60,671 bases of DNA from Candidatus Falkowbacteria bacterium. Its GTDB lineage: Bacteria > Patescibacteriota > Patescibacteriia > XYB2-FULL-38-15. A program made the position numbers and the translations under genes. How positions within the stretch are numbered: the first letter of the stretch is position 1; the number at the start of each line of letters is the position of its first letter. The DNA is taken from positions 1 through 60,671 of the forward strand of contig JACRNW010000009.1 in assembly GCA_016214745.1 (NCBI GenBank), given 5' to 3'. A model generated the notes under the pieces. That model was not told where the DNA came from and ran no database searches. It saw only the letters and a list, made by a program, of their open reading frames with translations. This document shows positions 8,401-16,558 of this stretch, one piece after another.

Positions 8401-11400
8401 AATTAAAACTAAGACAGACACGATTGACTGGACTGACGTAACTACCATCAAGAACAACGTGGCGACTCTGATTTCCGAGATCGGCACTGGCAACATCAGC
8501 GCCATCAAAACCAAAACCGACACGATTGCATGGGGCGATATTACCGGTCTTGTAACCACGAGCGGCCAAATAAAGGCCAAGACTGACACGATCGCCTGGA
8601 CTGATGTTTCGGCGATTAAAACGAAGACGGACACGATTGTATGGAGCGACGTCACCGGCATTGATACAAAGGTGACATCGTTGCAATCCGATATGGCGAC
8701 TCTGATTTCCGAAATCGGCACAGGCAACATCAGCGCCATCAAAACCAAAACCGACACCATCAATTGGGCCAATGTCACGAGCATTTTGACGGACACCGGC
8801 GCCATCAAAACCAAAACCGACACCATCGCTTGGACTGACATTGCGGCAATAAAAACCCAAACTGATACCATTGTTTGGGGCGATGTGACGGGAATTAAAC
8901 TGAAAACCGACACCATTGTCTGGGGTGACATTACTGATATCAAAACTAATGTTGCTGCCCTTATTACCGAAGTTGGCACAGGCAACATCAGCGCCATCAA
9001 AACCAAAACCGACACCATCAATTGGGCCAATGTCACGAGCATTTTGACGGACACCGGCGCCATCAAATTAAAAACCGATACCATTGATTGGACTCATGTT
9101 ACGGCTATCAAAACTAAAACCGATACGATTAGTTGGGACGATGTTACCGGAATTAAACTGAAAACCGACACCATCAATTGGTCGGATGTCACTACCATTA
9201 AAAATAACGTTGATACCATAAATACTAACGTGAACACCATTAATGCGAATGTGGATATTTTAATTGGCGCATTTATTGTAACCCAATCAACGGTCAACGA
9301 CGCTTCGCCTTCTGTCACTTCCTTTATCACCTCTCTCACCAATTCTACTGATGATTTTTACAAAAATTCAGTACTGACTTTCACTTCCGGCGCCCTAAAC
9401 GGACAGGTGCGCCGAATTTCGGCTTACAACGGCACAACAAAAAGTATTACTCTTGACCCGGCTTTAACTTCTGCGCCAGCCAATGGCGACGCCTTCACCA
9501 TTGCCAAACAAAATGTCCGAGTGGAAGAACAAGTAAGCAATGTTCAAAGCGATGTGACAACAATTAAAAGTGATACGGCTTACATCAGAACAAAAGCAGA
9601 TAGTATTTATAGTTTATTGCAAACGGTTGACACAAATTTAAGCAGTGTAGAGACAATAGTCACCGCGCTTCGCACTTCCCAACAAACAGCATACAGTGCC
9701 AAACTTTCTAATGTTTCAGAAATTCAGGCCGGCAATACTTACAGAGCCAAACTGACACTGCTTGATTTTGAATCAGAACCGGTGGACGCGGCAAGCACTC
9801 CCACTATCACTATTTATGATTCAACGCGCGCCGTAGCAGTTGCCAGCACCACAATGACAAAACTTTCTCCCGGCGTATACGAGTACACTTACGCCTTATC
9901 TTCATCCGCCACTACCGGGCTTTGGGAGGCAATCGTGAACGCGGCAGCGGGCAGTTCCGGCACGCAGACGCTTAACGATTATTTTCAGGTAACTGGGTCA
10001 CCGGCGCAAGTGGTGATTAACTCAATGTCTGATTTAACCGTACCGTCAATTGCGGCCGATACCACTATCACCAACGAAGGCGGCGGCGCGTTTGAATATC
10101 AGTACGAATGGTGTGTGGTTTCCTCAGAGGAAAATCCGTGCGGCGGCGCTGATGATGTGTATTACGCCTCAGCCGCGAAATTAATTCAGGCCGGCGACAG
10201 TTTTAATACACAACTCACCGCCACCGTGCCGAATACTGGGGACTATTGGTTCAAAGTAGTGGTTTATTTCGGCACGCAGGCTTCTGGCGCTTCGCGAACC
10301 TTTACCGCAACCACAGAAACGGCAGTACCCTCTGGCGGCGGGGGACCGCCTGCTCCGAGCGTTACACCCGCTCCAGAAGAAATTTCGCATAACACGATAT
10401 ACAGCGAAGTGGTGAAAGTAAAAAAGATGTTGGAACTTGAATCAATACGAATCGGCAGAATGCTTGATACGCTCGGAATTATTAATCCCGACATTAAACA
10501 ACTGTTAATAATGAATGAAGCCCAGTTAACCGATTTAAAGAGCGTGCAGAATAAACTTGCAGATATTAAAGCCGTGTCCTCGGTTACGCGGCGGATTGTG
10601 GAAGAAGGCGCCGTCCAACCCGTCATTGAAACATATATGACGTTCAATTCAGTGGAAATACATTTTCTTATCACCAATCCCGCGAACACAGAGCAAACAA
10701 TTAAGTTTAAATCATTTTTGCCAGAGGAAGTCAGGCCGGAACATATTCTTGATTCAAACGGACTCAAGGTTGATTTTGACGCCGGGGCGAGCGTGTACTT
10801 TGTTTCCGGAGACATTGCCTTGGGTCCCAAACAAACTGTGACCAGAAAAGTGGAACTAAAGGACATCTGGGTTTTCCCTGAAGAAGAAATTATTTCGCTC
10901 GGCCGGCAAAGCACGGATTTGGCCGCGGCGCTTCGTGATACCCAGTACGACGCCCAAGGCACGATATTAAAAAATGACATAGATTCCGCGCTTGAAATAG
11001 TTCTGCAAAAACAAAAAGATGGCTATGCATCTCCTCAAGATCATATTGTGGCTTTTCGCGAGAATAAATTACGGATGGAAAAAGTTGAAAAAAATTTGGA
11101 AAAATTAAAAGATCTGGTGGTGCAAGCCGGCGCTTCGCAAGGGTTGGTGGGTAAGGTTGGCGGCATTCAAACTTTTGCCACTTGGGGAATAGTTTTGGCG
11201 ATTGTGTTTGGTTTTGGACTTTTGGCGGCCGTTATTTTTGCGATGTGGCGACACCAGATGGCACTTGCCGCCATAACAATGGGAATGTCGCGGAGAGAAG
11301 TTATGGAAAAATTCGGCGGATTTGGCGCAAGACAAAGAACCCGCAAAATCACCAAAGTTAAAAAAGTTTCACCCTTGATGCGTCGAGCGACACGGCGTCT

Positions 11401-11854
11401 CCCATGGAAGAAAATTTTGATTGGCCTCGTGACAGTTGGACTACTTTCGGGTCTGCCACTTTTGGCAATAAAATTTTTGCCGAGTTTGCTTGGAGACGAG
11501 AAATTGAAACCCGAAAATCAAGAAAGTTCCTCGCTTTTGCCAGAAGATTCCGCAACGCCGGAAACAGCTAGTTTCTCGGCAATCCCGGAAATGCAAACAT
11601 CAAATATAAATTACGACTTGAAATTTAAGGACGAAGAATTTACGCCGGCTAATCCTAAATTGAAAATAAGCGATACTCTAACCAATTGGATAAATGTTCG
11701 TGACAGAGCTTCACGCGAAGGAAAGATCGTTGCGAGGGCGTACCCCGGCAAAGAATACGAATACATTAATAAAAATGGCGGGTGGTATGAGATTAAATTA
11801 TCGGATGACAAGACGGGATGGATTTTGGGACAATACGCCAAACCGATTCAGTAA
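5417..11854 (+). CDS. giant (2145 aa) membrane-anchored, Thr/Ser/Asn-rich surface protein with a C-terminal SH3b-like domain
   Basis: This is a single uninterrupted ORF. It has an N-terminal TM segment (MALVAWLIFFLTTGSLWGIFIF) and two TM segments near 11170..11470. Its C-terminus WINVRDRASREGKIVARAYPGKEYEY..GWYEIKL..GWILGQY is SH3_3-like. The start codon is uncertain (5417 versus 5716). Confidence 0.9.
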   Translation: MPLLNQEQNKAHNSHALNLRQTERKKAQKEQKRRLACKDLQCYLGVHCSNAHPILKIFKKFWHCLKWAIKLLVPDFLIGHPNLWDNLKTLRKHPQFKPLRMALVAWLIFFLTTGSLWGIFIFRTYAAAGSGAFKNCESQGACTGGGTPSANDPDGNTTLSTERVWLRTTHNTNTVDPGFSYSGGGEGSGNSIEVWLSTSLATGHATWAPNVTVTVQYSTDNGGSWSNVTGFPQTVTPTWADALAQTSNRVQITATLPTSGDIDKYRFKAESTEMGSSDPISVTQDPAQSNLKFAVSPTTDSSNYNPTATINGVTTTVTVTGTLTYDWGATPADYGGTGETVTATVKDQNNATQQSPTGTINADGTFSIPFNLPNAAEFGQWTVLVDYSHNQDAVTQGNDTFLVNLAFSDVTYQVFQNDVSGGTKESNNTGTANMGVPIFITATPFNNPDNDSLTGVQIHWNVSSPPANQTFAACTTSCTKEITVPTGAGNAGAAEIEITGTEQNGSNPAATVSSSISGFSDRAITLSTAWKYSTVNTSIDNGITTDHDVYNLGETVNSNFYLYNVRDQLVKGEAAGSLTLEIIKASGGNDTSVAGETVDANGYVAWSYLTSSSHQYANDAVGSTKQLKTIDADGNTVTSGNEWALSSLLTVDNIWHSKLTSDPSEATQFFIGADNMQVKTHVLNVRNENKSGADVAHEVRDPDNNLNTSWTNATGADGWTAFQKVVPEAPAGAWSLKATASDASGNSSATATESISYVSAYTAKYGIRTVGWNQEYHKGDTATFTIQLLEKDSNDDWSAVNPDTGTTPYYEIQYWTGSAWSSVVGRTNMDEKIASSTWEKSYAIPNSDTVIGRKYSITFNAKLGGAQIAQLKEFAVVQLRAGDPMTVAASPVRAAPNDTVKVTIREANLDATVLTGNAANTFIYIYDSNNTLQVNGANPTELANGAYYYDYTLGASPMSGVWQAVVKVTIGGSDYAAATNFQIDYQLAKETTAQEIKTKTDTIDWTDVTTIKNNVATLISEIGTGNISAIKTKTDTIAWGDITGLVTTSGQIKAKTDTIAWTDVSAIKTKTDTIVWSDVTGIDTKVTSLQSDMATLISEIGTGNISAIKTKTDTINWANVTSILTDTGAIKTKTDTIAWTDIAAIKTQTDTIVWGDVTGIKLKTDTIVWGDITDIKTNVAALITEVGTGNISAIKTKTDTINWANVTSILTDTGAIKLKTDTIDWTHVTAIKTKTDTISWDDVTGIKLKTDTINWSDVTTIKNNVDTINTNVNTINANVDILIGAFIVTQSTVNDASPSVTSFITSLTNSTDDFYKNSVLTFTSGALNGQVRRISAYNGTTKSITLDPALTSAPANGDAFTIAKQNVRVEEQVSNVQSDVTTIKSDTAYIRTKADSIYSLLQTVDTNLSSVETIVTALRTSQQTAYSAKLSNVSEIQAGNTYRAKLTLLDFESEPVDAASTPTITIYDSTRAVAVASTTMTKLSPGVYEYTYALSSSATTGLWEAIVNAAAGSSGTQTLNDYFQVTGSPAQVVINSMSDLTVPSIAADTTITNEGGGAFEYQYEWCVVSSEENPCGGADDVYYASAAKLIQAGDSFNTQLTATVPNTGDYWFKVVVYFGTQASGASRTFTATTETAVPSGGGGPPAPSVTPAPEEISHNTIYSEVVKVKKMLELESIRIGRMLDTLGIINPDIKQLLIMNEAQLTDLKSVQNKLADIKAVSSVTRRIVEEGAVQPVIETYMTFNSVEIHFLITNPANTEQTIKFKSFLPEEVRPEHILDSNGLKVDFDAGASVYFVSGDIALGPKQTVTRKVELKDIWVFPEEEIISLGRQSTDLAAALRDTQYDAQGTILKNDIDSALEIVLQKQKDGYASPQDHIVAFRENKLRMEKVEKNLEKLKDLVVQAGASQGLVGKVGGIQTFATWGIVLAIVFGFGLLAAVIFAMWRHQMALAAITMGMSRREVMEKFGGFGARQRTRKITKVKKVSPLMRRATRRLPWKKILIGLVTVGLLSGLPLLAIKFLPSLLGDEKLKPENQESSSLLPEDSATPETASFSAIPEMQTSNINYDLKFKDEEFTPANPKLKISDTLTNWINVRDRASREGKIVARAYPGKEYEYINKNGGWYEIKLSDDKTGWILGQYAKPIQ
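8398..9260 (+). repeat. intragenic tandem repeats (K-T/L-K-T-D-T-I-x-W-x-D/N-V-T, about 14-15 aa units, about 20 units)
   Basis: This is read from the translation. A perfect 93-nt duplication links 8717..8809 and 8975..9067. Confidence 0.9.
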
Positions 11855-11856
11855 AT

Positions 11857-12315
11857 ATGCAAAAAGTAAACGTAGAAATTATGCCGTCGTTTTCCAATAT
11901 TACGTACGGCATTTTAATTGCAGTGGCCGGACTGATTTTGCCCGCTCTTTTGATTCCCTTAGTAAAGTTCGCGGGCTACTCAGAAATTTTTGAGGAAATT
12001 GCTAAAGCGTTGGTGATATTGTTTTTAATTTTTAAACTACCAACGCATAAAGCCCAAATTCTGGCTGCCGGCGCGTTTGGATTTCTCTTTGGTTTGTCGG
12101 AAAATATTTTTTATCTTACAAATGTCTTTGCGCTTGGCGATTTTAATATTTTTTGGCAAAGATTTTTATTGACGGTTCCAATGCACATTATCACTGTTTT
12201 AGTAATGGTATTCGCAGGCTTGGCAAGGAAATATCTTTTAATTTTAGGGCTAGTTGGAGCCGTAGTTTTACATATTTTGTTTAATGGAATTATAATAGAT
12301 TTTTTAATGCGATAG
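11857..12315 (+). CDS. PrsW-like intramembrane protease family protein
   Basis: It is polytopic, with FEEIAKA, FGLSEN and HILFN motifs in TM segments. The ATG lies 2 nt after the upstream stop. Confidence 0.55.
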   Translation: MQKVNVEIMPSFSNITYGILIAVAGLILPALLIPLVKFAGYSEIFEEIAKALVILFLIFKLPTHKAQILAAGAFGFLFGLSENIFYLTNVFALGDFNIFWQRFLLTVPMHIITVLVMVFAGLARKYLLILGLVGAVVLHILFNGIIIDFLMR

Positions 12316-12354
12316 AATAAAAAAAGAGATTGGGTTAACAACCTATAACGGATA

Positions 12355-12382
12355 CAAAAAATCCGAGATACTCGGATTTTTT
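12355..12382. terminator. bidirectional terminator
   Basis: The sequence is AAAAAATCCGAG-ata-CTCGGATTTTTT, between a plus-strand CDS and the minus-strand tRNA-Ala. Confidence 0.7.
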
Positions 12383-12394
12383 GATTGGACCGTG

Positions 12395-12431
12395 GGAGAA
12401 TCTCCGCCAAAGGCGGATGCGCCTCTGGCGC
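12395..12431. repeat. array of three short GC hairpins, including TCCGCC-N3-GGCGGA
   Basis: The hairpins are GGAGA-a-TCTCC, TCCGCC-aaa-GGCGGA and GCGCC-tct-GGCGC. Related arrays occur at 43379..43407 and 60571..60629. Confidence 0.5.
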
Positions 12432-12453
12432 AGAACTATCACAGCGCCAAGGG

Positions 12454-12524
12454 TGGACCTAGCGGGAATCGAACCCGCGTCTCTCGGATGCAAACCGAGT
12501 GCTCTGCCCCTAAGCTATAGGCCC
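12454..12524 (-). tRNA. tRNA-Ala(UGC)
   Basis: It folds by hand as a cloverleaf: acceptor GGGCCTA/TAGGTCC with G3:U70, anticodon loop TTTGCAT, T-loop TTCGATT. No CCA is encoded. Confidence 0.9.
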
Positions 12525-12588
12525 ACCTTCGGCGCCGTCAAATAAAAACGGCCCAGGTTATAAATTATGGTATAATGATTTAAGGCTT

Positions 12589-13413
12589 ATGTCAATCAAA
12601 CTTACAATCTTGGGCTCGGGACCGGCGATCGCTATTCCGCGGCCGGGACATACTGACAAAACTTGCCGCGAAGCACGAAAACCCGGCAGCCGTTCGCGCC
12701 GAATGAGAAGTTCTATTCTCATTGAAAACCGCTGTCGGTATCTTTTAATTGACGCCGGGCCGGATATTTTAGAGCAACTTGAACTGGCTAAAATAAGAAG
12801 ACCTGACGCCGTATTTTTAACCCATGCCCATTCCGACGCGGCGGGCGGCGTTGACGACTTGGCTTTATTTTTACGCGGGACAAAAACCAAACCAATGCCG
12901 CTCTACGCCGAAGCGTCCGTGCTGCGGCGCATCACTAAAATTTCCGCCCTTTTTCACGCCCGGCCAAAAACAATTTTAAAAACCGTAAACCCAAAAATCA
13001 TTCATCTATATCAAGCCGTATCGTCTTTCGGGTTAAAAATTATCCCGCTAAAAGTAGAACACGCCCTCACTCCCGGTTTTCCGACGGTCGGGTATCTTTT
13101 TCCTAAAAAATTTGCTTACCTTTCCGATTTCGCCTCAATCCCGCCGCGATCGTTAAAACTTCTCAAAAAAATTAATATTTTATTTTTGGATGCCGCGATG
13201 TGGTTTGGCACAAAAATGGCGGCGCACCAAAACACGGCTCAAGCGATAGAAATCGGCCGCCAACTCGGAGTAAAAAAACTTTATCTCACCCAGATCGGCC
13301 ACAACTATCCGCCGCACAAAATCGCTCAAAAAGAAATAAGCAATTATTGCCGAAAAAATAAAATTAAATTTCCGGTAATCCTGGCCTACGACGGCTTAAA
13401 AATCAAAATTTAA
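12589..13413 (+). CDS. metallo-beta-lactamase-fold hydrolase (PhnP-like)
   Basis: It has the LTHAHSDAAGG motif and a size typical of small MBL-fold proteins. Confidence 0.65.
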   Translation: MSIKLTILGSGPAIAIPRPGHTDKTCREARKPGSRSRRMRSSILIENRCRYLLIDAGPDILEQLELAKIRRPDAVFLTHAHSDAAGGVDDLALFLRGTKTKPMPLYAEASVLRRITKISALFHARPKTILKTVNPKIIHLYQAVSSFGLKIIPLKVEHALTPGFPTVGYLFPKKFAYLSDFASIPPRSLKLLKKINILFLDAAMWFGTKMAAHQNTAQAIEIGRQLGVKKLYLTQIGHNYPPHKIAQKEISNYCRKNKIKFPVILAYDGLKIKI

Positions 13414-13431
13414 TAATCGCCTCGCTTCATC

Positions 13432-13461
13432 AAAAACTCCTTGCTTAATCGGGAGTTTTTT
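13432..13461 (+). terminator. intrinsic terminator
   Basis: The sequence is AAAAACTCC..GGGAGTTTTTT. Confidence 0.55.
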
Positions 13462-13488
13462 GCTATGATAAACATAAATCTTAATTTA

Positions 13489-13590
13489 CCCCCACACCTA
13501 AAAATGTACTTTGTATGGGTAGCCCGTGTGGGGAGTTAAATCTTTATAGCTAATCCGTTTTGTTCTGCATAAAAGGATTAGGTGTGGGGG
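13489..13590. repeat. CCCCCAC-clamped long hairpin (CCCCCACACCTAA ... TTAGGTGTGGGGG) in the ileS upstream region
   Basis: The 13-nt arms are perfectly complementary. An inner hairpin is CTAATCC..GGATTAG, and an alternative partner GTGTGGGG lies at 13526..13533. Confidence 0.7.
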
Positions 13591-13625
13591 TTTAATTTTA
13601 ATCCTCAAAATATCATAAATTTTTT

Positions 13626-16547
13626 ATGGCCGCAATGAATTTCCCCAAAATGGAAGAAGAAATCCTAAAATTTTGGGAAGATAATAAAATTTTTGAAAAA
13701 TCAGTCAATAAAAAGGCGCCGCATGGCGACTATGTTTTTTATGACGGTCCGCCTTTCGCCACGGGCACGCCGCACTACGGCCATATCGTTGCGAGCTTGA
13801 TGAAAGATGCCGTACCGAGATATTTCACGATGCAAGGCTACCGCGTCGAGCGCCGCTGGGGTTGGGATTGCCACGGCCTGCCAATTGAAAATATTGTTGA
13901 GCAAGAATTAAATGTCACAAGCAAAAAAGATATTGAAGAAAAAATCGGCGTGGATAAATTCAACGAACTTTGCCGCAGTAAAGTTTTAATGTTTGCCGAC
14001 GTTTGGAAAAAATTTATTCCCCGCATCGGCCGCTGGGTTGACATGGAACACGCCTACAAAACCATGGACTTGGATTATATGGAAAGTATTTGGTGGGTTT
14101 TCAAACAACTTTGGGACAAGGGACTAATTTACGAAGGGCACAAATCAATGCACATCTGCCCGCGCTGCGAAACCACTCTTTCTCAATCGGAAGTGAGTCA
14201 GGGGTATAAAGACACCGAAGACTTAGCTGTAGTTGTAAAATTTGCTTTGACCGACGAACCAAATACTTTTGTTTTGGCCTGGACAACCACGCCCTGGACC
14301 CTACCCGGAAATGTCGCTCTGGCGGTGAGCGAGGATATTGATTATTCAATCTGGGAAATAACTCACACAGACACTAATAAAAAAGAAAAAATTATTTTAG
14401 CAAGTAAAACATCAACCAACACATTAAAACTACCAGTGGACACTCGCGATCTTGTCGTGGGCGCGGAAAGTGTTGTTGGTCCCCCCTCACACCCTCCAAC
14501 AAAATATAAACTACTCAAAGAAATCAAAGGCAAAGATCTGATTGGCAAACCTTACGAGCCACTTTTCCCATATTTTGACAGTCCGGAAAACAGAGAAAGA
14601 GGTTTTAAAATTTATGCGGGAGATTTTGTCGCGACTGAAGAAGGAACTGGTGTGGTTCATATTGCTCCGGCTTTTGGTGAAGACGATTTGAAGCTTGGAA
14701 AAAAAGAAAATCTTCCTTTTATCCAACACGTTGATTTTTCCGGCCGCTTCACTTTGGGAGTTAAAGATTTCGCCGGCGATCTTGTAAAACCGGCCGCCAA
14801 CCCGTGGATCACCGATAAAAAAATTGTGCAATGGCTTGAAGAACGCGGCAAACTTTTTTCGCAAGAAAAGCACACGCACAGCTATCCGTTTTGCTGGCGT
14901 TGCGACACTCCTCTTCTAAATTATTCTACTTCATCGTGGTTTGTTAAGGTAACAGCTATAAAAGAAAAAATCTTAAAATTGGCGGAAAAAATTAATTGGG
15001 TTCCGGAACATATTAAAGAAGGCCGTTTCGGAAAATGGTTGGAAGGTGCGGAAGATTGGTCAATTTCCCGCCAACGATATTGGGGTTCAGTTTTGCCTAT
15101 CTGGAAATGTAAATGCGGCGAATTTCATGTTTTGGGAAGCCGCGAAGAGTTGGAAAAACTTTCCGGCCAAAAGGTGGACGACTTGCATAAACACTCAGTT
15201 GACAAATTAATTTTAAAATGTGAAAAATGCGGCGGCGAAATGCGGCGTGTTCCCGATGTTTTGGATTGCTGGTTTGAATCCGGTTCAATGCCTTACGCCC
15301 AAATGCATTATCCATTTGAAAATAAGAAAAAATTTGAAGAAAATTTTCCGGCTAAATTTATCGCTGAAGGCGTTGACCAAACTCGCTGCTGGTTTTATTA
15401 TCTTCATGTTTTGTCCACGGCCATCATGAACGACGTCGCCTTTTTAAATGTCATCGCGAATGGCATTGTCCTTGCCGAAAGCGGACAAAAAATGTCCAAA
15501 CGTTTAAAAAATTATCCTGATCCGACTGAAGTCATTGACCGTTACGGCGCCGACGCTCTCCGCTATTATTTGCTCACCTCGCCGGTAATGAAAGCTGACA
15601 CGCTTAATTTTTCCGTAAAAGGCGTTGATGAAATGTTCAAAAAATTAATAATGATTTTATGGAACGTCTTTTCTTTTTACGAGATGTACGCCGCGGATGA
15701 AATAAAACCCGTAACAAAATCAAAAAATATCTTGGACCAATGGATTGTCTCAAAATTACAGATTTTACTTCAGACCGTGACTGAAAAAATGAACGCATAC
15801 GATTTAGTCGCGGCTAACCGGCCGATAACGGATTTTGTAAATGATCTTTCCACTTGGTATCTCCGCCGAAGCAGAGATCGTTTTAAGGGAGATAATGAAA
15901 AAGATAAGAAAGCGGCGCTCGGAACGCTAAAATATGTTTTACTGACATTAAGTAAAATCATCGCGCCGTCAATTCCTTTTATCGCGGAAAAAATCTATCA
16001 GGAACTTAAAGGACCGGAAGAATCTGTCCATCTTGAAACTTGGCCTAAATTTGAAAAAAAATTAGTTGACCAAAAAATCTTGGATCAAATGGATTTGGCT
16101 AAAAAAATCGTGGAGGCCGGACTCGCGGCGCGCGCCTCAGCCGGAATAAAAATCAGGCAGCCGCTCGCTTCTTATTCTACGGCGCTGACTAAAACGCTTG
16201 ACCATGAATACGCAAGACTTGTTAAAGAAGAATTAAATATTTTGGATTTAAAATTTGGCGAGGATAAATTGGACACGGAACTGACCGAAGAATTAAAAGC
16301 CCAGGGTTTGATTCGTGAAATTGTCCGCACGGTTAACGCTCTCCGAAAAGACGCCGGCCTTTCAATTGCTGACCGCATTACCTTAAATTTTGAAACTACT
16401 GATCCACAAACGGAAAAAATAATACGTGATTTTGAAGATAAAATTAAAAAAGAAACTTTAAGCGATAAAATAGAAAAAGGAAAAACTGAGACGCCGCATC
16501 AAAAAGAAATTGAAGGCGGTCTTTGGCTCGGTGTTAAAAAAATATAA
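13626..16547 (+). CDS. ileS: isoleucine--tRNA ligase
   Basis: It has the PHYGHIV (HIGH) and KMSKRLKN (KMSKS) motifs, and its 973-aa length and overall pattern fit. Confidence 0.95.
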   Translation: MAAMNFPKMEEEILKFWEDNKIFEKSVNKKAPHGDYVFYDGPPFATGTPHYGHIVASLMKDAVPRYFTMQGYRVERRWGWDCHGLPIENIVEQELNVTSKKDIEEKIGVDKFNELCRSKVLMFADVWKKFIPRIGRWVDMEHAYKTMDLDYMESIWWVFKQLWDKGLIYEGHKSMHICPRCETTLSQSEVSQGYKDTEDLAVVVKFALTDEPNTFVLAWTTTPWTLPGNVALAVSEDIDYSIWEITHTDTNKKEKIILASKTSTNTLKLPVDTRDLVVGAESVVGPPSHPPTKYKLLKEIKGKDLIGKPYEPLFPYFDSPENRERGFKIYAGDFVATEEGTGVVHIAPAFGEDDLKLGKKENLPFIQHVDFSGRFTLGVKDFAGDLVKPAANPWITDKKIVQWLEERGKLFSQEKHTHSYPFCWRCDTPLLNYSTSSWFVKVTAIKEKILKLAEKINWVPEHIKEGRFGKWLEGAEDWSISRQRYWGSVLPIWKCKCGEFHVLGSREELEKLSGQKVDDLHKHSVDKLILKCEKCGGEMRRVPDVLDCWFESGSMPYAQMHYPFENKKKFEENFPAKFIAEGVDQTRCWFYYLHVLSTAIMNDVAFLNVIANGIVLAESGQKMSKRLKNYPDPTEVIDRYGADALRYYLLTSPVMKADTLNFSVKGVDEMFKKLIMILWNVFSFYEMYAADEIKPVTKSKNILDQWIVSKLQILLQTVTEKMNAYDLVAANRPITDFVNDLSTWYLRRSRDRFKGDNEKDKKAALGTLKYVLLTLSKIIAPSIPFIAEKIYQELKGPEESVHLETWPKFEKKLVDQKILDQMDLAKKIVEAGLAARASAGIKIRQPLASYSTALTKTLDHEYARLVKEELNILDLKFGEDKLDTELTEELKAQGLIREIVRTVNALRKDAGLSIADRITLNFETTDPQTEKIIRDFEDKIKKETLSDKIEKGKTETPHQKEIEGGLWLGVKKI

Positions 16548-16558
16548 CTCTGAAATTT

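Noticed and set aside
8717-9067. Possible diversity-generating retroelement. An Avd-like four-helix-bundle gene is in the window, and near-identical repeats lie in a surface protein.
   Set aside because: The two 93-nt copies are identical and show no adenine-specific mismatches. There is no reverse transcriptase in the window, and the Avd-like gene is 30 kb away inside the por operon.
8273-9342. Antisense ORFs 8273..8860, 8371..9084 and 9094..9342 opposite the giant gene.
   Set aside because: They lie entirely within the tandem-repeat array of the plus-strand ORF. Their periodic low-complexity translations are a by-product of the repeat.
13489-13625. T-box riboswitch upstream of ileS.
   Set aside because: I could not find the conserved T-box sequence (AAnnnGGGUGGnACCGCG-like) or a convincing Stem I with a specifier loop. 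The leader is only about 135 nt, and its main stem matches the repeat family. It is kept as a generic attenuator-like candidate only.
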